Shown in pieces: positions 7,827 through 17,621 of a stretch of 64,000 bases of DNA. Position 1 is the stretch's first letter; every line of letters starts with the position of its first letter. Both the position numbers and the translations under genes were made by a program. The DNA comes from Candidatus Latescibacterota bacterium (lineage in GTDB: Bacteria > Latescibacterota > UBA2968 > GCA-2709665): assembly GCA_965222075.1 (NCBI GenBank), contig OZ244937.1, positions 5,296,006 through 5,360,005 on the forward strand. Reading direction: 5' to 3'. Below the pieces are notes generated by a model. That model made no database searches. It was not told where the DNA came from and saw only the letters and a list, made by a program, of their open reading frames with translations.

Positions 7827-10800
7827 ATGAGACGTGTATACTTGTTGTTTGGCATTGTTCTGAGCCTCTGCCTGCTGGCCGGTCCGGTGTGGTCGCAGAC
7901 GACCGGTAAGATCACCGGTAAGATGACCGATCCAAACGGTGAGCCTCTGCCGGGCGCCAACGTGGTGATCGAGGGCACCCGCTTTGGGGCGACGACCGAC
8001 GCGGAGGGCATCTACGTGATCCTGGGCGTAGAGCCGGGCTTCTACGAATTGAAGGCTTCGATGGTCGGTTACGAGGCAGTGATCCGCACGAACGTGCAGG
8101 TGGCTGCGTACCGGACCACGGAGGCGGATTTCACGCTGCGGGAGTCGGCGATCGAGGCGGCGGAGATCGTGGTGACGGCGGGGCGGCCGCTCATCGAGGT
8201 GGACCGGACCGGGAGCGAGGCGAAGATCTCGGAGAAGGAGATCGAGCAGCTCCCGATCCTCCGGGAGACGAGGGATCACCTCCACTATGTGGCGGGGGTG
8301 GATCCGGTGAGGAATAGTGGTATTAATGGGGTGATCATCCGGCGCTCAGATAACTTTCGGATTCAGCAGTTACAGGCCTGGACGTTTGACGGCATCGAAT
8401 TGACGCTCCTGGACAACGGGACCTCGGGGTCGCTTCTGTGGGGTCAACAGTACAACAACACGAATGTGACGGCTATCGGCGAGATGGCCGTTGTGAGAGG
8501 GGGACAATCCGCCTCGCAGGCCCAAAATGCCTTCGGTGTGGTGAACATCATCACCCGCGAGGGGACGCGGGTTCTCCACGGCGGCCTCGACGTCCGGATC
8601 GAGCCGTCGGGCAAGCGGCACCACGGGCCGAACGTCTACGACGCCACCCCCGGGCAGCAGGGGGGTGCGAACGGGATGTGGCGGGACAAGCTGAAGTGGA
8701 ACGATCCGGACTGGGTGAACGAGGCCGACCCGGTCACCGGGAAGCAGATCCACGTGAAGCAGGACTACGAGGGCGCTGTCGGACACTTAGTGGAGGGGTG
8801 GCTCACCGGGTCGCTGGGTGAGAACGCCACGTTCGTCTTGAGTGCCAGAACCGGCCGGTCCAAGCAGACCTTCCCGGCTCCGCAGAGGACCAGCCTGCGC
8901 CAGCGGCACATCTTCGGGAAGCTCAGTTTCACGCCGTCCGACAACCTCAAGTTGAAGTTCGGCTACCACGACTCGTATGAGCCCACCTGGGGTCGAGGTG
9001 ACCAGAGAGGGGTGAACAGCAACCTCTTCCTGGTCCGGGACCGGGGGCATACGGGGTATGAGAGGCGGTGGAAGAACCGGATCGTCTACCTGACGGCCAC
9101 CCACACGCTCGGCCCGAAGACGTTCCACGAATTCCAGATCGGGTTCTACGGGACGAACGTCGATACAACAGAGGAGACCGACGGGGCGACGAGTTCCTGG
9201 CGGAGGGACGAGAGCGGGAACTTCAACGTGGATCGGAAGATTCGGAATCTGCAGGTTGACCACAACCGGCGCTACAACTTCCGCTACGCCATCACCAGCC
9301 AGATGAGCCGGTGGAACCTGGTCAAGACCGGGTTTACCCATCAGATCTTCCACAACGCCAACTGGCATTTACAACAGGGGAGCCCGAGCGGTGCCACGAT
9401 CTGGGTCATGGGCAAGGACGGCGTGCCGGGCACGCGGTATGTCGTCCACCGGTTTGCGTGGTACGCCGAGGACAAGATCGAGTTCCGGGGCATGGTCGTG
9501 AACGTGGGGCTCCGCTACGACGCGATGTGGGGCGGGCCCAGGAAGACGCTGGCGGGGTTTTACAAGGCGACGCCGCAGCATCGGACGTACAAGGCATTCC
9601 TGACGCGCACGCCCCGGGCGCAGGGGAAGGCGCTGGCCTACTGGTCGCCCCGGGTCGGCGTTTCACACCCGATCACGGCCAGGTCGGCCATCCGGTTCTC
9701 GTTCGGCCGCTACTACAAGCCGACGTCGTTCGGGCAGATATATTCCGAGTCGTGGGCCACCAACGACTTGCTCAACCACCCCAACCTGGACGGTACCTGG
9801 GGAAATGGGGGCAAAGCGGGCGGGGGCTGGTATCTGGACCATATAAACCGCAGCCCGTCGGGGAGCCCGAATTTGACTGAGTTCGAGGTGTCCGGGGCCT
9901 GGAACTTTTTGAGCAACTACGTCTTAGACATGGCCACCTACTACCGGCGGACGGAGCGCGCGACCGGCGGGAATAACCGCTATTACGTGGACCCGGTACG
10001 GGGACAGGGTCAAGAACGGACGCAGGGGCCTTTTGCCCGTGCGGAGTCCAAGGGCTTCGAAATGGCGGTCTACAAGCCCCTGTCCCAGAACTTCGCCTTC
10101 CGGTTCTCGGTGGACGTGGGCTGGTCTTTCTACTATTTCACGGGCGCCGCCCCGGTCCTCACCCACATCTACCCCGACTCCACCTACATCGCCGGCCCGA
10201 ACTACTTCTTAGTGGATACGAACGACGACCCGGTGCTGTTGACGGACACACAGATCCGCGATCTCGGCCACAAGGCCAACGAGACCATCCGGAAGGTGCG
10301 GGAGCAGTTGACCAGGCAGGAGCAGGTCACGGATATCTTGACGCCGCTTAAGCCCCTCTCGGAGTGGCCGGGCATAAGCGGCGAGGATCGGAGTCGGCCC
10401 GAAATCCAGGGCCTCTGGTATTCATCCACCTGGAGATCGCTCAAGAACGCTGCGTGGGGTCCGCCCGCGCCGACCACACAGGCGACGTTCCAGTTCCTCT
10501 GGTCCACCCCGTCCGACTGGGGGCCGGGGCCGACTGTGGGCGGGTCGAAGCTGTTGGGCGGCATCCAGGCGAACCTGGTCTGGCGGTTCAACAGCGGGGT
10601 CAACTTTGCGCATACGCCGCCGGACAACCCGAAGGTGGTCGATGCCTTCCGCTCTGGACCGATGTTCGTCCGGGCGGACCTCAACTTCCAGAAGACGTTC
10701 GAGGCGGGTACGGGCCGGCCCACGCTCTACGTTGAGGTCTTCAACCTTTTCAATACCTATCTGGACCAAACCCGCAACGCCAACTACGTCCGGTGGGGGC

Positions 10801-10910
10801 TTAAACTGCCGACGCCGAACGATTCGAACTACAACAGGTACGGCGACCCGAGCCCATTTCGGGGCGGCACGCCGCGCTACGTGAACCTCGGGGTGCGGGT
10901 CAGGTTCTGA
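7827..10910 (+). CDS. TonB-dependent receptor with N-terminal carboxypeptidase-regulatory-like domain
   Basis: Signal peptide, GKITG...PLPGANV..EGT..GATTDAEG, plug GVVNIITREG, EDKIEF..MVVNVGLRYD, SPRVGVSHPIT, C-terminal Phe. GGAGG RBS before ATG 7827. Confidence 0.9.
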   Translation: MRRVYLLFGIVLSLCLLAGPVWSQTTGKITGKMTDPNGEPLPGANVVIEGTRFGATTDAEGIYVILGVEPGFYELKASMVGYEAVIRTNVQVAAYRTTEADFTLRESAIEAAEIVVTAGRPLIEVDRTGSEAKISEKEIEQLPILRETRDHLHYVAGVDPVRNSGINGVIIRRSDNFRIQQLQAWTFDGIELTLLDNGTSGSLLWGQQYNNTNVTAIGEMAVVRGGQSASQAQNAFGVVNIITREGTRVLHGGLDVRIEPSGKRHHGPNVYDATPGQQGGANGMWRDKLKWNDPDWVNEADPVTGKQIHVKQDYEGAVGHLVEGWLTGSLGENATFVLSARTGRSKQTFPAPQRTSLRQRHIFGKLSFTPSDNLKLKFGYHDSYEPTWGRGDQRGVNSNLFLVRDRGHTGYERRWKNRIVYLTATHTLGPKTFHEFQIGFYGTNVDTTEETDGATSSWRRDESGNFNVDRKIRNLQVDHNRRYNFRYAITSQMSRWNLVKTGFTHQIFHNANWHLQQGSPSGATIWVMGKDGVPGTRYVVHRFAWYAEDKIEFRGMVVNVGLRYDAMWGGPRKTLAGFYKATPQHRTYKAFLTRTPRAQGKALAYWSPRVGVSHPITARSAIRFSFGRYYKPTSFGQIYSESWATNDLLNHPNLDGTWGNGGKAGGGWYLDHINRSPSGSPNLTEFEVSGAWNFLSNYVLDMATYYRRTERATGGNNRYYVDPVRGQGQERTQGPFARAESKGFEMAVYKPLSQNFAFRFSVDVGWSFYYFTGAAPVLTHIYPDSTYIAGPNYFLVDTNDDPVLLTDTQIRDLGHKANETIRKVREQLTRQEQVTDILTPLKPLSEWPGISGEDRSRPEIQGLWYSSTWRSLKNAAWGPPAPTTQATFQFLWSTPSDWGPGPTVGGSKLLGGIQANLVWRFNSGVNFAHTPPDNPKVVDAFRSGPMFVRADLNFQKTFEAGTGRPTLYVEVFNLFNTYLDQTRNANYVRWGLKLPTPNDSNYNRYGDPSPFRGGTPRYVNLGVRVRF

Positions 10911-10914
10911 GCAA

Positions 10915-10943
10915 GTAGGGGCGAGTCATCGACTCGTCCCTAT
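10915..10943 (+). repeat. GTAG-type REP-like hairpin between receptor and partner gene
   Basis: GTAGGGGCGAGTC-ATC-GACTCGTCCCTA. Confidence 0.5.
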
Positions 10944-10966
10944 ACTACAATCGGGAGAGGTTCGAT

Positions 10967-13498
10967 ATGCGTATGAGAGCCATTTTAGGCGTAGCCCTGC
11001 TCCTCGCGCCGGGGGCGCTGTGTGCCCCCGCAGAGGCGCAGCAGATGACTGTTGGAGGGACGGCCAATATTGCGCTTCCTCCCCGGCAGTTGACCCGGGG
11101 CAAGCTCTGGCAGAGCTTCATCAACACCGGCGCCGAGGGGGCGCGGCTGGTGGAGATCAACTACGGCGGCCTCTACGCCGACGTGGCCTATCCGGGCATG
11201 ATCATCGCCGGCGGAAACGACTACGTCGAACACTACGGGGGGGCCACCGATTGGACGGACTTCCAGACCGATTTGATGACGCATCAGGGCCGGGGGCACG
11301 GGTGGTATATCGCTGCAAAGGTGGACGGCACCCCGGCCGTCAGCTTTGGCGACGCCCTGATCAAGGGCAAGGAGGAGAGCGACGATATCATCGCGATGGC
11401 GTTCGATCCGACGGTTGACCTGGGGGGCCGCTTTGCGAACTTAGGGAACGAAGTGATCAATCCCAGATCGGGCCGGTCGATGGGCAACTGGTGGCCCGGC
11501 ACGACCATCCCTCTGGACGCAAGCGAGCCGAGGGAGATCCTGAACTACAGGATCGGGCAGTATACTGACGCCTCCGTGGACAACTTTCCGGAAGATATCA
11601 TCCTGAGCAAGTGGACGACGAAGACGGGCATCACCGGAAACAAGGCGGCCTACGCCTGGAACCATCCGGACTACGACGACTTTATCATCGTGGAGTGGGT
11701 GTTTGAGAACACCGGGGATACGGACGGGGACCGTGCCGCCGACCTGCCGGGCGGGGGTCACAACTTGGAGAACGTGTTTTTCGCCTTTCACCACCGCTTT
11801 ATGACCTCCGGCGCGGGGACCTCCCGGAGCAGCTACGTGGCCTACTACTGGGACTGGGGGCCGTTAGATGGGTGCGTCAGCATCTTTGGGGCTAACGTGG
11901 ACAACGGCCAGGACGACAAGATCAAGTATACCGAGTCGCCCAACTACGATGGTCCGACCGATGCCAGGGGGCTGAAGCTGACCTACCAGTACGACTGGGA
12001 CAACTTCTGCTACACCGGCTCGTTTGCCGACGACGTGGGCGACCCGTTTCGGGTCGGAAACCGATCACGTTCTGTGTCACCGCCTGCGATCACCCAAGAC
12101 GGCGACCTCCTGTCGCCGGCCTGGATCGGGTGGACGGAGATCGACGTAGATCCGACGGATGGGTTCATCGGGGATAACGAGGTGTATGTGGCCCCGGATG
12201 TGGTGCAGCAGCCGTTTGCGCACAACCTGTTCCACTTCCAGTATCGGCAGCAAAACGTCCAGGTGCACAGCGACCTGCGGGGGGAGGAACCGAATCCGAC
12301 CGAGATGAGCGACGAGACGATGTACCAGATGCTCACCCGGTCGCCTGACCCATCCTACTTTGAGCCGTTGAACAGCCATGCCGCTGCCACCACGCGTCCC
12401 ACCCGGGCGTCGGGCGACCCGAACTTAGGTGTACCCCTGCTGCCGCTGCCCGACAACCCGACCGGGCCGATGCCCTATGTGCCCGACCCCGAGTGGGAGT
12501 GGGTGGGCCGGAACGGGGTCGCTGCGGCGTATACGCCGATGGACACCTACGGGCCTTACGACATGGCGCCGGGCGACAAGGTGAAGTTAGTGTTCGCCTA
12601 CGTGGCGGGTGCGCCGGTCACAGAAAACGTCCGGAAGTGGCAGAGGGCGGGGGACAACAGCGAGCTGCGGAAGGAAGAGAACGGGGCGGCGTGGGCGAAC
12701 CTGGTCAACCACGTGAAGAGGGCGAAGGAGGCCTACGCCCTCGGCTACGACCTCCCGAACCAGCCGCCCGACGTGGATGTGAAGCTCGAGTCCTCGACCA
12801 ACGCTCAGGTCCTGGCCACCTGGAAGGGCGACCTGGAGAAATCGAACAACCCGGATGCGGGCCAGCCCGATGTGGCGGGCTACCGGGTCTACCGGGCGGA
12901 GACGATTCCCGACGAGTGGGTGCTGGCGGGCGACGTCAAGGCGAACGGCTCGGCGACCTACGAGTTTGAGGATCCGCAGTCGCTGGCGGGCTTCCGGTAT
13001 TATTACAGCGTGCGGAGCTATCAGGGGAGCGCGAATACGGGATTTGTGAGCCGTGTCACGGGCCAGACCGTGGCGGGGGGGGTGTCTGCGTATGAATCGG
13101 GGGCGGGCGACCCTTCGACGTTCTACCTTGCCCCCACAGGGATGACGCCGTTCAGTCCGGCGCAGGTGGCCTCGACCGAGGCGGACCGGCTGGAGAAGGA
13201 TATCCTGATCGTGCCCAACCCCTACATCGAAGACGGTCTGCACACCTACGAAGCTTCGACCAAGATTCGTATCCTGAACATTCCGAGGAGATGCAAGATC
13301 CGGATCTACAACTTCGCCGGGGATCTGGTGGCGGAGGTGGACCACGACTCGGCGACGGAGGGCGAGGCGGCCTACTTCCAGCTCAACCGGACGGCCACCT
13401 CTCCGTTGATCTTCGGCACCTATCTTGTGGCGGTGGAGTCCCTGATGCCGGAGAGCCGGGGCCAGGTTAAACGTGGTGCCTTCGTCGTTATTCGTTAA
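10967..13498 (+). CDS. Secreted protein with FN3-like region and C-terminal T9SS-CTD/FlgD-Ig-like domain
   Basis: Signal peptide, PPDV...VAGYRVYR...YYYSVRSY, and IVPNPY...IRILNIPRRCKIRIYNFAGDLV...G.Y...G.F.VIR. Paralogue at 30258. Confidence 0.72.
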   Translation: MRMRAILGVALLLAPGALCAPAEAQQMTVGGTANIALPPRQLTRGKLWQSFINTGAEGARLVEINYGGLYADVAYPGMIIAGGNDYVEHYGGATDWTDFQTDLMTHQGRGHGWYIAAKVDGTPAVSFGDALIKGKEESDDIIAMAFDPTVDLGGRFANLGNEVINPRSGRSMGNWWPGTTIPLDASEPREILNYRIGQYTDASVDNFPEDIILSKWTTKTGITGNKAAYAWNHPDYDDFIIVEWVFENTGDTDGDRAADLPGGGHNLENVFFAFHHRFMTSGAGTSRSSYVAYYWDWGPLDGCVSIFGANVDNGQDDKIKYTESPNYDGPTDARGLKLTYQYDWDNFCYTGSFADDVGDPFRVGNRSRSVSPPAITQDGDLLSPAWIGWTEIDVDPTDGFIGDNEVYVAPDVVQQPFAHNLFHFQYRQQNVQVHSDLRGEEPNPTEMSDETMYQMLTRSPDPSYFEPLNSHAAATTRPTRASGDPNLGVPLLPLPDNPTGPMPYVPDPEWEWVGRNGVAAAYTPMDTYGPYDMAPGDKVKLVFAYVAGAPVTENVRKWQRAGDNSELRKEENGAAWANLVNHVKRAKEAYALGYDLPNQPPDVDVKLESSTNAQVLATWKGDLEKSNNPDAGQPDVAGYRVYRAETIPDEWVLAGDVKANGSATYEFEDPQSLAGFRYYYSVRSYQGSANTGFVSRVTGQTVAGGVSAYESGAGDPSTFYLAPTGMTPFSPAQVASTEADRLEKDILIVPNPYIEDGLHTYEASTKIRILNIPRRCKIRIYNFAGDLVAEVDHDSATEGEAAYFQLNRTATSPLIFGTYLVAVESLMPESRGQVKRGAFVVIR

Positions 13499-13508
13499 GG
13501 AGATCGCT

Positions 13509-14501
13509 ATGCGGAGCACCTATTCGATCGGATTAGCGGCGGTGTTTGCCGGACTCGTCCTCTCCGCCCCCCCGGCGCTGGCCGACATCGAGGACACGGG
13601 CGGCATCTCGAATCAGACGCCGGTGGGCGAGACCTACGTCACCTTCTTAGAGGTGGTGCAGGGGGCGCGCGGTGCCGGGATGGGCGACGCCTTTGTGGGC
13701 GTGGTGGACGACATCAGCGCCGTGTTCTGGAACCCGGCCGGGCTGACGGCCATGCCGAAGAACCGGCTCCAGTTCACGTTCACCAACACGCAGTGGTTCG
13801 TGGATTCGCAGTTCAACTCCGGGGCCGTGGGCGTGAACACCGATTACGGGTCGTTCGCCTTCAGCGTGGTGACGGTCCAACCGCCTGACATGTTGGAGAC
13901 AACGATCCTCCAGCCCGCGGGAACGGGACGCACCATAGATTCCGGGAGCTGGGCGGTCGGCGGGGCCTACGCCAAGCAGTTCACGGACCTGTTCTCCTTA
14001 GGCGTCCAGTTCCGGGTGGTCCAGGAAAGGCTGGACACGGGCTTCGACTTCCGGGTGTTTGACATGGCGATCGGGACGAAGTATTACACCGGCTTCCGGA
14101 ACCTCCGGGTGGCCATGTCGATACGAAACTTCGGGAGGGATAAGGTCCTGTTTGACAACGGGAGGATCCGGGGCAAGATGCCCGTCATTTTTAGCGTCGC
14201 AACGGCTGCGGAGGTGATCGGAGAGAAGGAGGACCCGGCCTACCTCACAGGCGCCTTCGAGTACCTCTACTCTGTCAGCGTTGAGAGGCGGCTCCATTTC
14301 GGGGGAGAACTCTGGCTCCGAAACCTCCTGGCGCTGCGAGGGGGGTACAAGTGGAACTACGACGTGCAGGACTTCACGGCCGGGGCTGGGGTAAAGCTCC
14401 AGCGGGGCGTGCACTACATTCGGGTCGATTTCGGCTGGCAAAACATCAAAAACAATCAGTTTGACCCTCCTCTGAGGTTCTCCGTTACGGGGTCGTTCTG
14501 A
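13509..14501 (+). CDS. PorV/PorQ (FadL-like, UPF0164) outer-membrane barrel
   Basis: GARGAGMGDAFVGVVDDISAVFWNPAGL N-terminal motif, amphipathic strands, C-terminal Phe. AAGGAG RBS. Confidence 0.85.
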   Translation: MRSTYSIGLAAVFAGLVLSAPPALADIEDTGGISNQTPVGETYVTFLEVVQGARGAGMGDAFVGVVDDISAVFWNPAGLTAMPKNRLQFTFTNTQWFVDSQFNSGAVGVNTDYGSFAFSVVTVQPPDMLETTILQPAGTGRTIDSGSWAVGGAYAKQFTDLFSLGVQFRVVQERLDTGFDFRVFDMAIGTKYYTGFRNLRVAMSIRNFGRDKVLFDNGRIRGKMPVIFSVATAAEVIGEKEDPAYLTGAFEYLYSVSVERRLHFGGELWLRNLLALRGGYKWNYDVQDFTAGAGVKLQRGVHYIRVDFGWQNIKNNQFDPPLRFSVTGSF

Positions 14502-14548
14502 CGTTACGGGTGCGGGAGGGGGGAGTGGTACGCTCTGAGATGAACCCG

Positions 14549-14590
14549 ATAGGCGGCTTTTGTTGATTTCGACAGGCCGCCTATTTACTT
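14549..14590 (+). terminator. Putative intrinsic terminator
   Basis: ATAGGCGGC...GCCGCCTAT followed by TTACTT, downstream of the PorV-like gene. Confidence 0.55.
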
Positions 14591-14655
14591 ATGTTAATCT
14601 TTTAGATGTCGTTTTCCGCAGTTTACCCGTTTCACACCAAAGGAAGTGATGGTAT

Positions 14656-17409
14656 ATGGTCGATCGGATATCGGTTTTGCGATGGACGGTGGGAGGCGTC
14701 CTGTGCGCTGTTGTTTTGGGCCTGTGGACGGGGACAGATCTGGCGGCTGAGCGGTTGTCCCCGGCGGCCATTGATTCGCTTTACAGCCGGGCGAAATATC
14801 TGGATGCCCGGGGCGTTCGTGCGCTGGCGAGGAGACTGGAAGGCGCCGTACCCTACTACCCCGAGAGTGCGGGCCTGCTGACCCGGATCGGGATGCTCTA
14901 TTTGCGGGTGGGAGAGGCCGGCAGCGCGCGCTCGGCGTTTCAGCGGGCGATCGAGAAAGATCCCGGGCGGGCGACTGCACACTGTGGATTGGGGCGCATC
15001 CACCTGGAACTGGAGGACGATCCCAGGGGGGCGCTGCCCCACCTGCAGGCGGCTGTGGCGGCCGATTCCACGTATACCTGGCCCCCCTATTTCCTGGCAC
15101 GGGCGCTGGCGCAGATCGGTCAAGGCCACCTGCAAGAAGGAGCGGCCGACAGCGCACGCTCGACGTTCCAACAGGCGGTCGGGTACGATCCGAAGCTAAC
15201 TGCTACGCACTTCGGCTTAGGACGCGTCTACTTAGAGCTGGAGGAGGACCCGAAGGGGGCGCTGCCCCACCTGCAGGCGGCTGTGGCGGCCGATTCCACA
15301 AATGCCGACGCGCACTACTTTCTGGCCCGGGCCTACCGGGAGATTGGGCGGCCGGAGGCGAGGAAGGCGGCGGACCGGGCGATCCGGTACGACCCGATGT
15401 ATGCGCCGGCTTATCTGCTGCTGGCCCAGTCGTATCAGGAGGAGGACAACCGGCTGGCGATGATGGTCTACTATAAAAAATACCTGGATCTGTTCCCGAA
15501 GGACCAGGAACCGGCGTATGCGTTTGCCCTGGATCTGATGCAGAAGAGGCGGTTCAAGGAGTTGGAAGAGATCACCTCTCTGATGATGGACAGGCGAGCG
15601 CTGCCCCTGCTGGCGCAGGCGCTGATGCGGCGGGGGGACTACGAAGGGGCGGTGCGGGCGTTTGGACACTACGTTGAGACTTTAGATCCGAAGGAGCAGG
15701 AGCTCTACGACGATATTTCGCTGGTGGGGCTGCCCCACGAGGTCGAGGCCTACAAGGCGGCGCCTCCGGAGAAGCGGGAGGCGTTTCTGCGGCAATTCTG
15801 GCTGCGCCACGATCCGTTCAAGGCCTCCGGAGGGGCCTTGCGCCGTGCAGAGCACTACCGGCGGGTCTGGCACGCCCGGACCTATTACGGGAAGGTGAAG
15901 TCCCCGTGGGATCGCCGCGGAGAGGTCTACACCCGCTACGGGGAGCCCGACTACCGCTCCTCTTCGGAGGATATGAATGCCAAGATCCCCCCCGCTGTAC
16001 AGCGCGTACAGGATCAGATGGCCTACGAACTCTACGGCGCGCAGGGGTTGGGAATCACGTTCGTGGGGCCGGTCTTCCCGATTCGGACAGGCGTCGGAAG
16101 CTACAGGGGCCTTCCTGGGGACCTGCGGATAGCAGGGTCCGATCCCGAAGGACCGATATCCGATCCGTTTAGTGCTATCTCTCCCGGGGAACGTCAATAC
16201 GAAGCTGATGACATCGCCCCGCAAGAGATCTTCCCCGAGACGGTTGTGAAGCTGGACCCCGAGTTTGTGGTGGGACTGAGCGGGTGGAAGCCGGTGACCG
16301 TCGGAAACAACTGGGCGACAGTGCCCTGGGAGGTGTGGGTGTATGCCGACGTGGGGAAGGGGCTGGAGATCGCTTTTACGGATGAGTACCTTTCCGGCGT
16401 TTACGACTACGCCCCGATCCCCGGTGTGGATGAGCGGGACCTGAAGCGGTTGGATGAAGATCGGTTCGTTGGGGAGACCGCTTACCTGCGCCTGATGCAG
16501 CGGCTGACGGAGTTGGCCCCCGCGATCCGGGTGGCCAAAGTGGTGCGGGAGGAGCCCGAGCGCTACGACATCTCCGGCTTCGAGCCGCTCGACTTCTACT
16601 ACGATGTGGCCTCTTTCCGGGGGCGGAAGGGCCTGACGGAGGTGCAGGTGAACATCGGCATCCCGATCGACCATGTGATCCAGCCGGGGGATACCGATAC
16701 CACGGTGGTGGTGGATCGGCGGGTTGCGCTGATCGGCAGCCGGTACACCCATCTGCTGCCGGCGCAGCGAAGCCTGGAGGCGCCGATCTCCGGACTCGGC
16801 CGGAACCGGGCCCTGCTGGACCGGGTGCTTATGGAGGCTTCTCCGGGGAACTATGAGCTGGCTGTACAGGCGGGGCGCCGGGGCACGCGTCTGCTCCAAT
16901 CCTACCTGCAGGACTTGAAGCTCCAGGATTATTCGGGCAAGGACCTGGGACTGAGCGACCTTTTGGTGGCAAAGCGGGTGACCGCAGCAACCGAGGCCAC
17001 GTCGGATCCGAGGTTTGTACGGGGGAAGTGGCGCATCACGCCGCTGCCGTCGCACGTCTTCCAGGTTGGGCAGCACGTGTTTGTGTATTCCGAGATCTAC
17101 AACCTGATGCGGGATGAATTCGGGGCCACGCGCTACGAGGTGGCCTACGAGCTCCACGCGACCGGCACGGAAGGGACCGTATTGTCGCCCATCCTGACGA
17201 GGATTCTGGGGCGACAGTCGGAAGCGGCAGTGACGGTCCGCTACGAACAGACGGGCACGGAGGAGTCGGTCTCGGATTATGTGGAGCTGGACATCGGCAA
17301 GGCCGAGTCGAGGCGCTACCGGGTGCGGATGACGGTGAAGGACCTGAACAGCGGGCAGGAGGTGAGCAAGGAAGGGATGTTCTGGGTGGCGACATCTGAA
17401 TCCAGATGA
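14656..17409 (+). CDS. TPR + GWxTD domain-containing secreted protein
   Basis: Signal peptide, tandem TPRs, FLRQFW...EHYRRVWHAR...PWDRRGEVYTRYGEPD, VPWEVWVY, C-terminal Ig-like region LSDL...YSEIYNL. Confidence 0.82.
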   Translation: MVDRISVLRWTVGGVLCAVVLGLWTGTDLAAERLSPAAIDSLYSRAKYLDARGVRALARRLEGAVPYYPESAGLLTRIGMLYLRVGEAGSARSAFQRAIEKDPGRATAHCGLGRIHLELEDDPRGALPHLQAAVAADSTYTWPPYFLARALAQIGQGHLQEGAADSARSTFQQAVGYDPKLTATHFGLGRVYLELEEDPKGALPHLQAAVAADSTNADAHYFLARAYREIGRPEARKAADRAIRYDPMYAPAYLLLAQSYQEEDNRLAMMVYYKKYLDLFPKDQEPAYAFALDLMQKRRFKELEEITSLMMDRRALPLLAQALMRRGDYEGAVRAFGHYVETLDPKEQELYDDISLVGLPHEVEAYKAAPPEKREAFLRQFWLRHDPFKASGGALRRAEHYRRVWHARTYYGKVKSPWDRRGEVYTRYGEPDYRSSSEDMNAKIPPAVQRVQDQMAYELYGAQGLGITFVGPVFPIRTGVGSYRGLPGDLRIAGSDPEGPISDPFSAISPGERQYEADDIAPQEIFPETVVKLDPEFVVGLSGWKPVTVGNNWATVPWEVWVYADVGKGLEIAFTDEYLSGVYDYAPIPGVDERDLKRLDEDRFVGETAYLRLMQRLTELAPAIRVAKVVREEPERYDISGFEPLDFYYDVASFRGRKGLTEVQVNIGIPIDHVIQPGDTDTTVVVDRRVALIGSRYTHLLPAQRSLEAPISGLGRNRALLDRVLMEASPGNYELAVQAGRRGTRLLQSYLQDLKLQDYSGKDLGLSDLLVAKRVTAATEATSDPRFVRGKWRITPLPSHVFQVGQHVFVYSEIYNLMRDEFGATRYEVAYELHATGTEGTVLSPILTRILGRQSEAAVTVRYEQTGTEESVSDYVELDIGKAESRRYRVRMTVKDLNSGQEVSKEGMFWVATSESR

Positions 17410-17420
17410 GGAAAAACGCC

Positions 17421-17621
17421 CGGTTTCTGACGAATGAGGGGCTGCCGCTGCCGAGGGTCCGGAATGGCGAAATAAAGGACAAGAACTGGCACCGGTACGG
17501 ATGTCCGGCCGGGAACTACGCGGCGGAGGGGCTCTACAGGGCGCTGGAGTGGAGCGTGTTGACGATGGACATAGAGGTGGGGACATCCTACAGAGTAGAG
17601 GGAACCTATGGGCCGTGCTGA
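17421..17621 (+). pseudogene. Internally deleted remnant of a paralogue of the 45510-47330 gene
   Basis: RFLTNEGLPLPRV / YG...GNYAAEGLYRALE / EWSVLTMDIE..SYRVEGTYGPC match three separated parts of the 606-aa protein. Confidence 0.85.
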
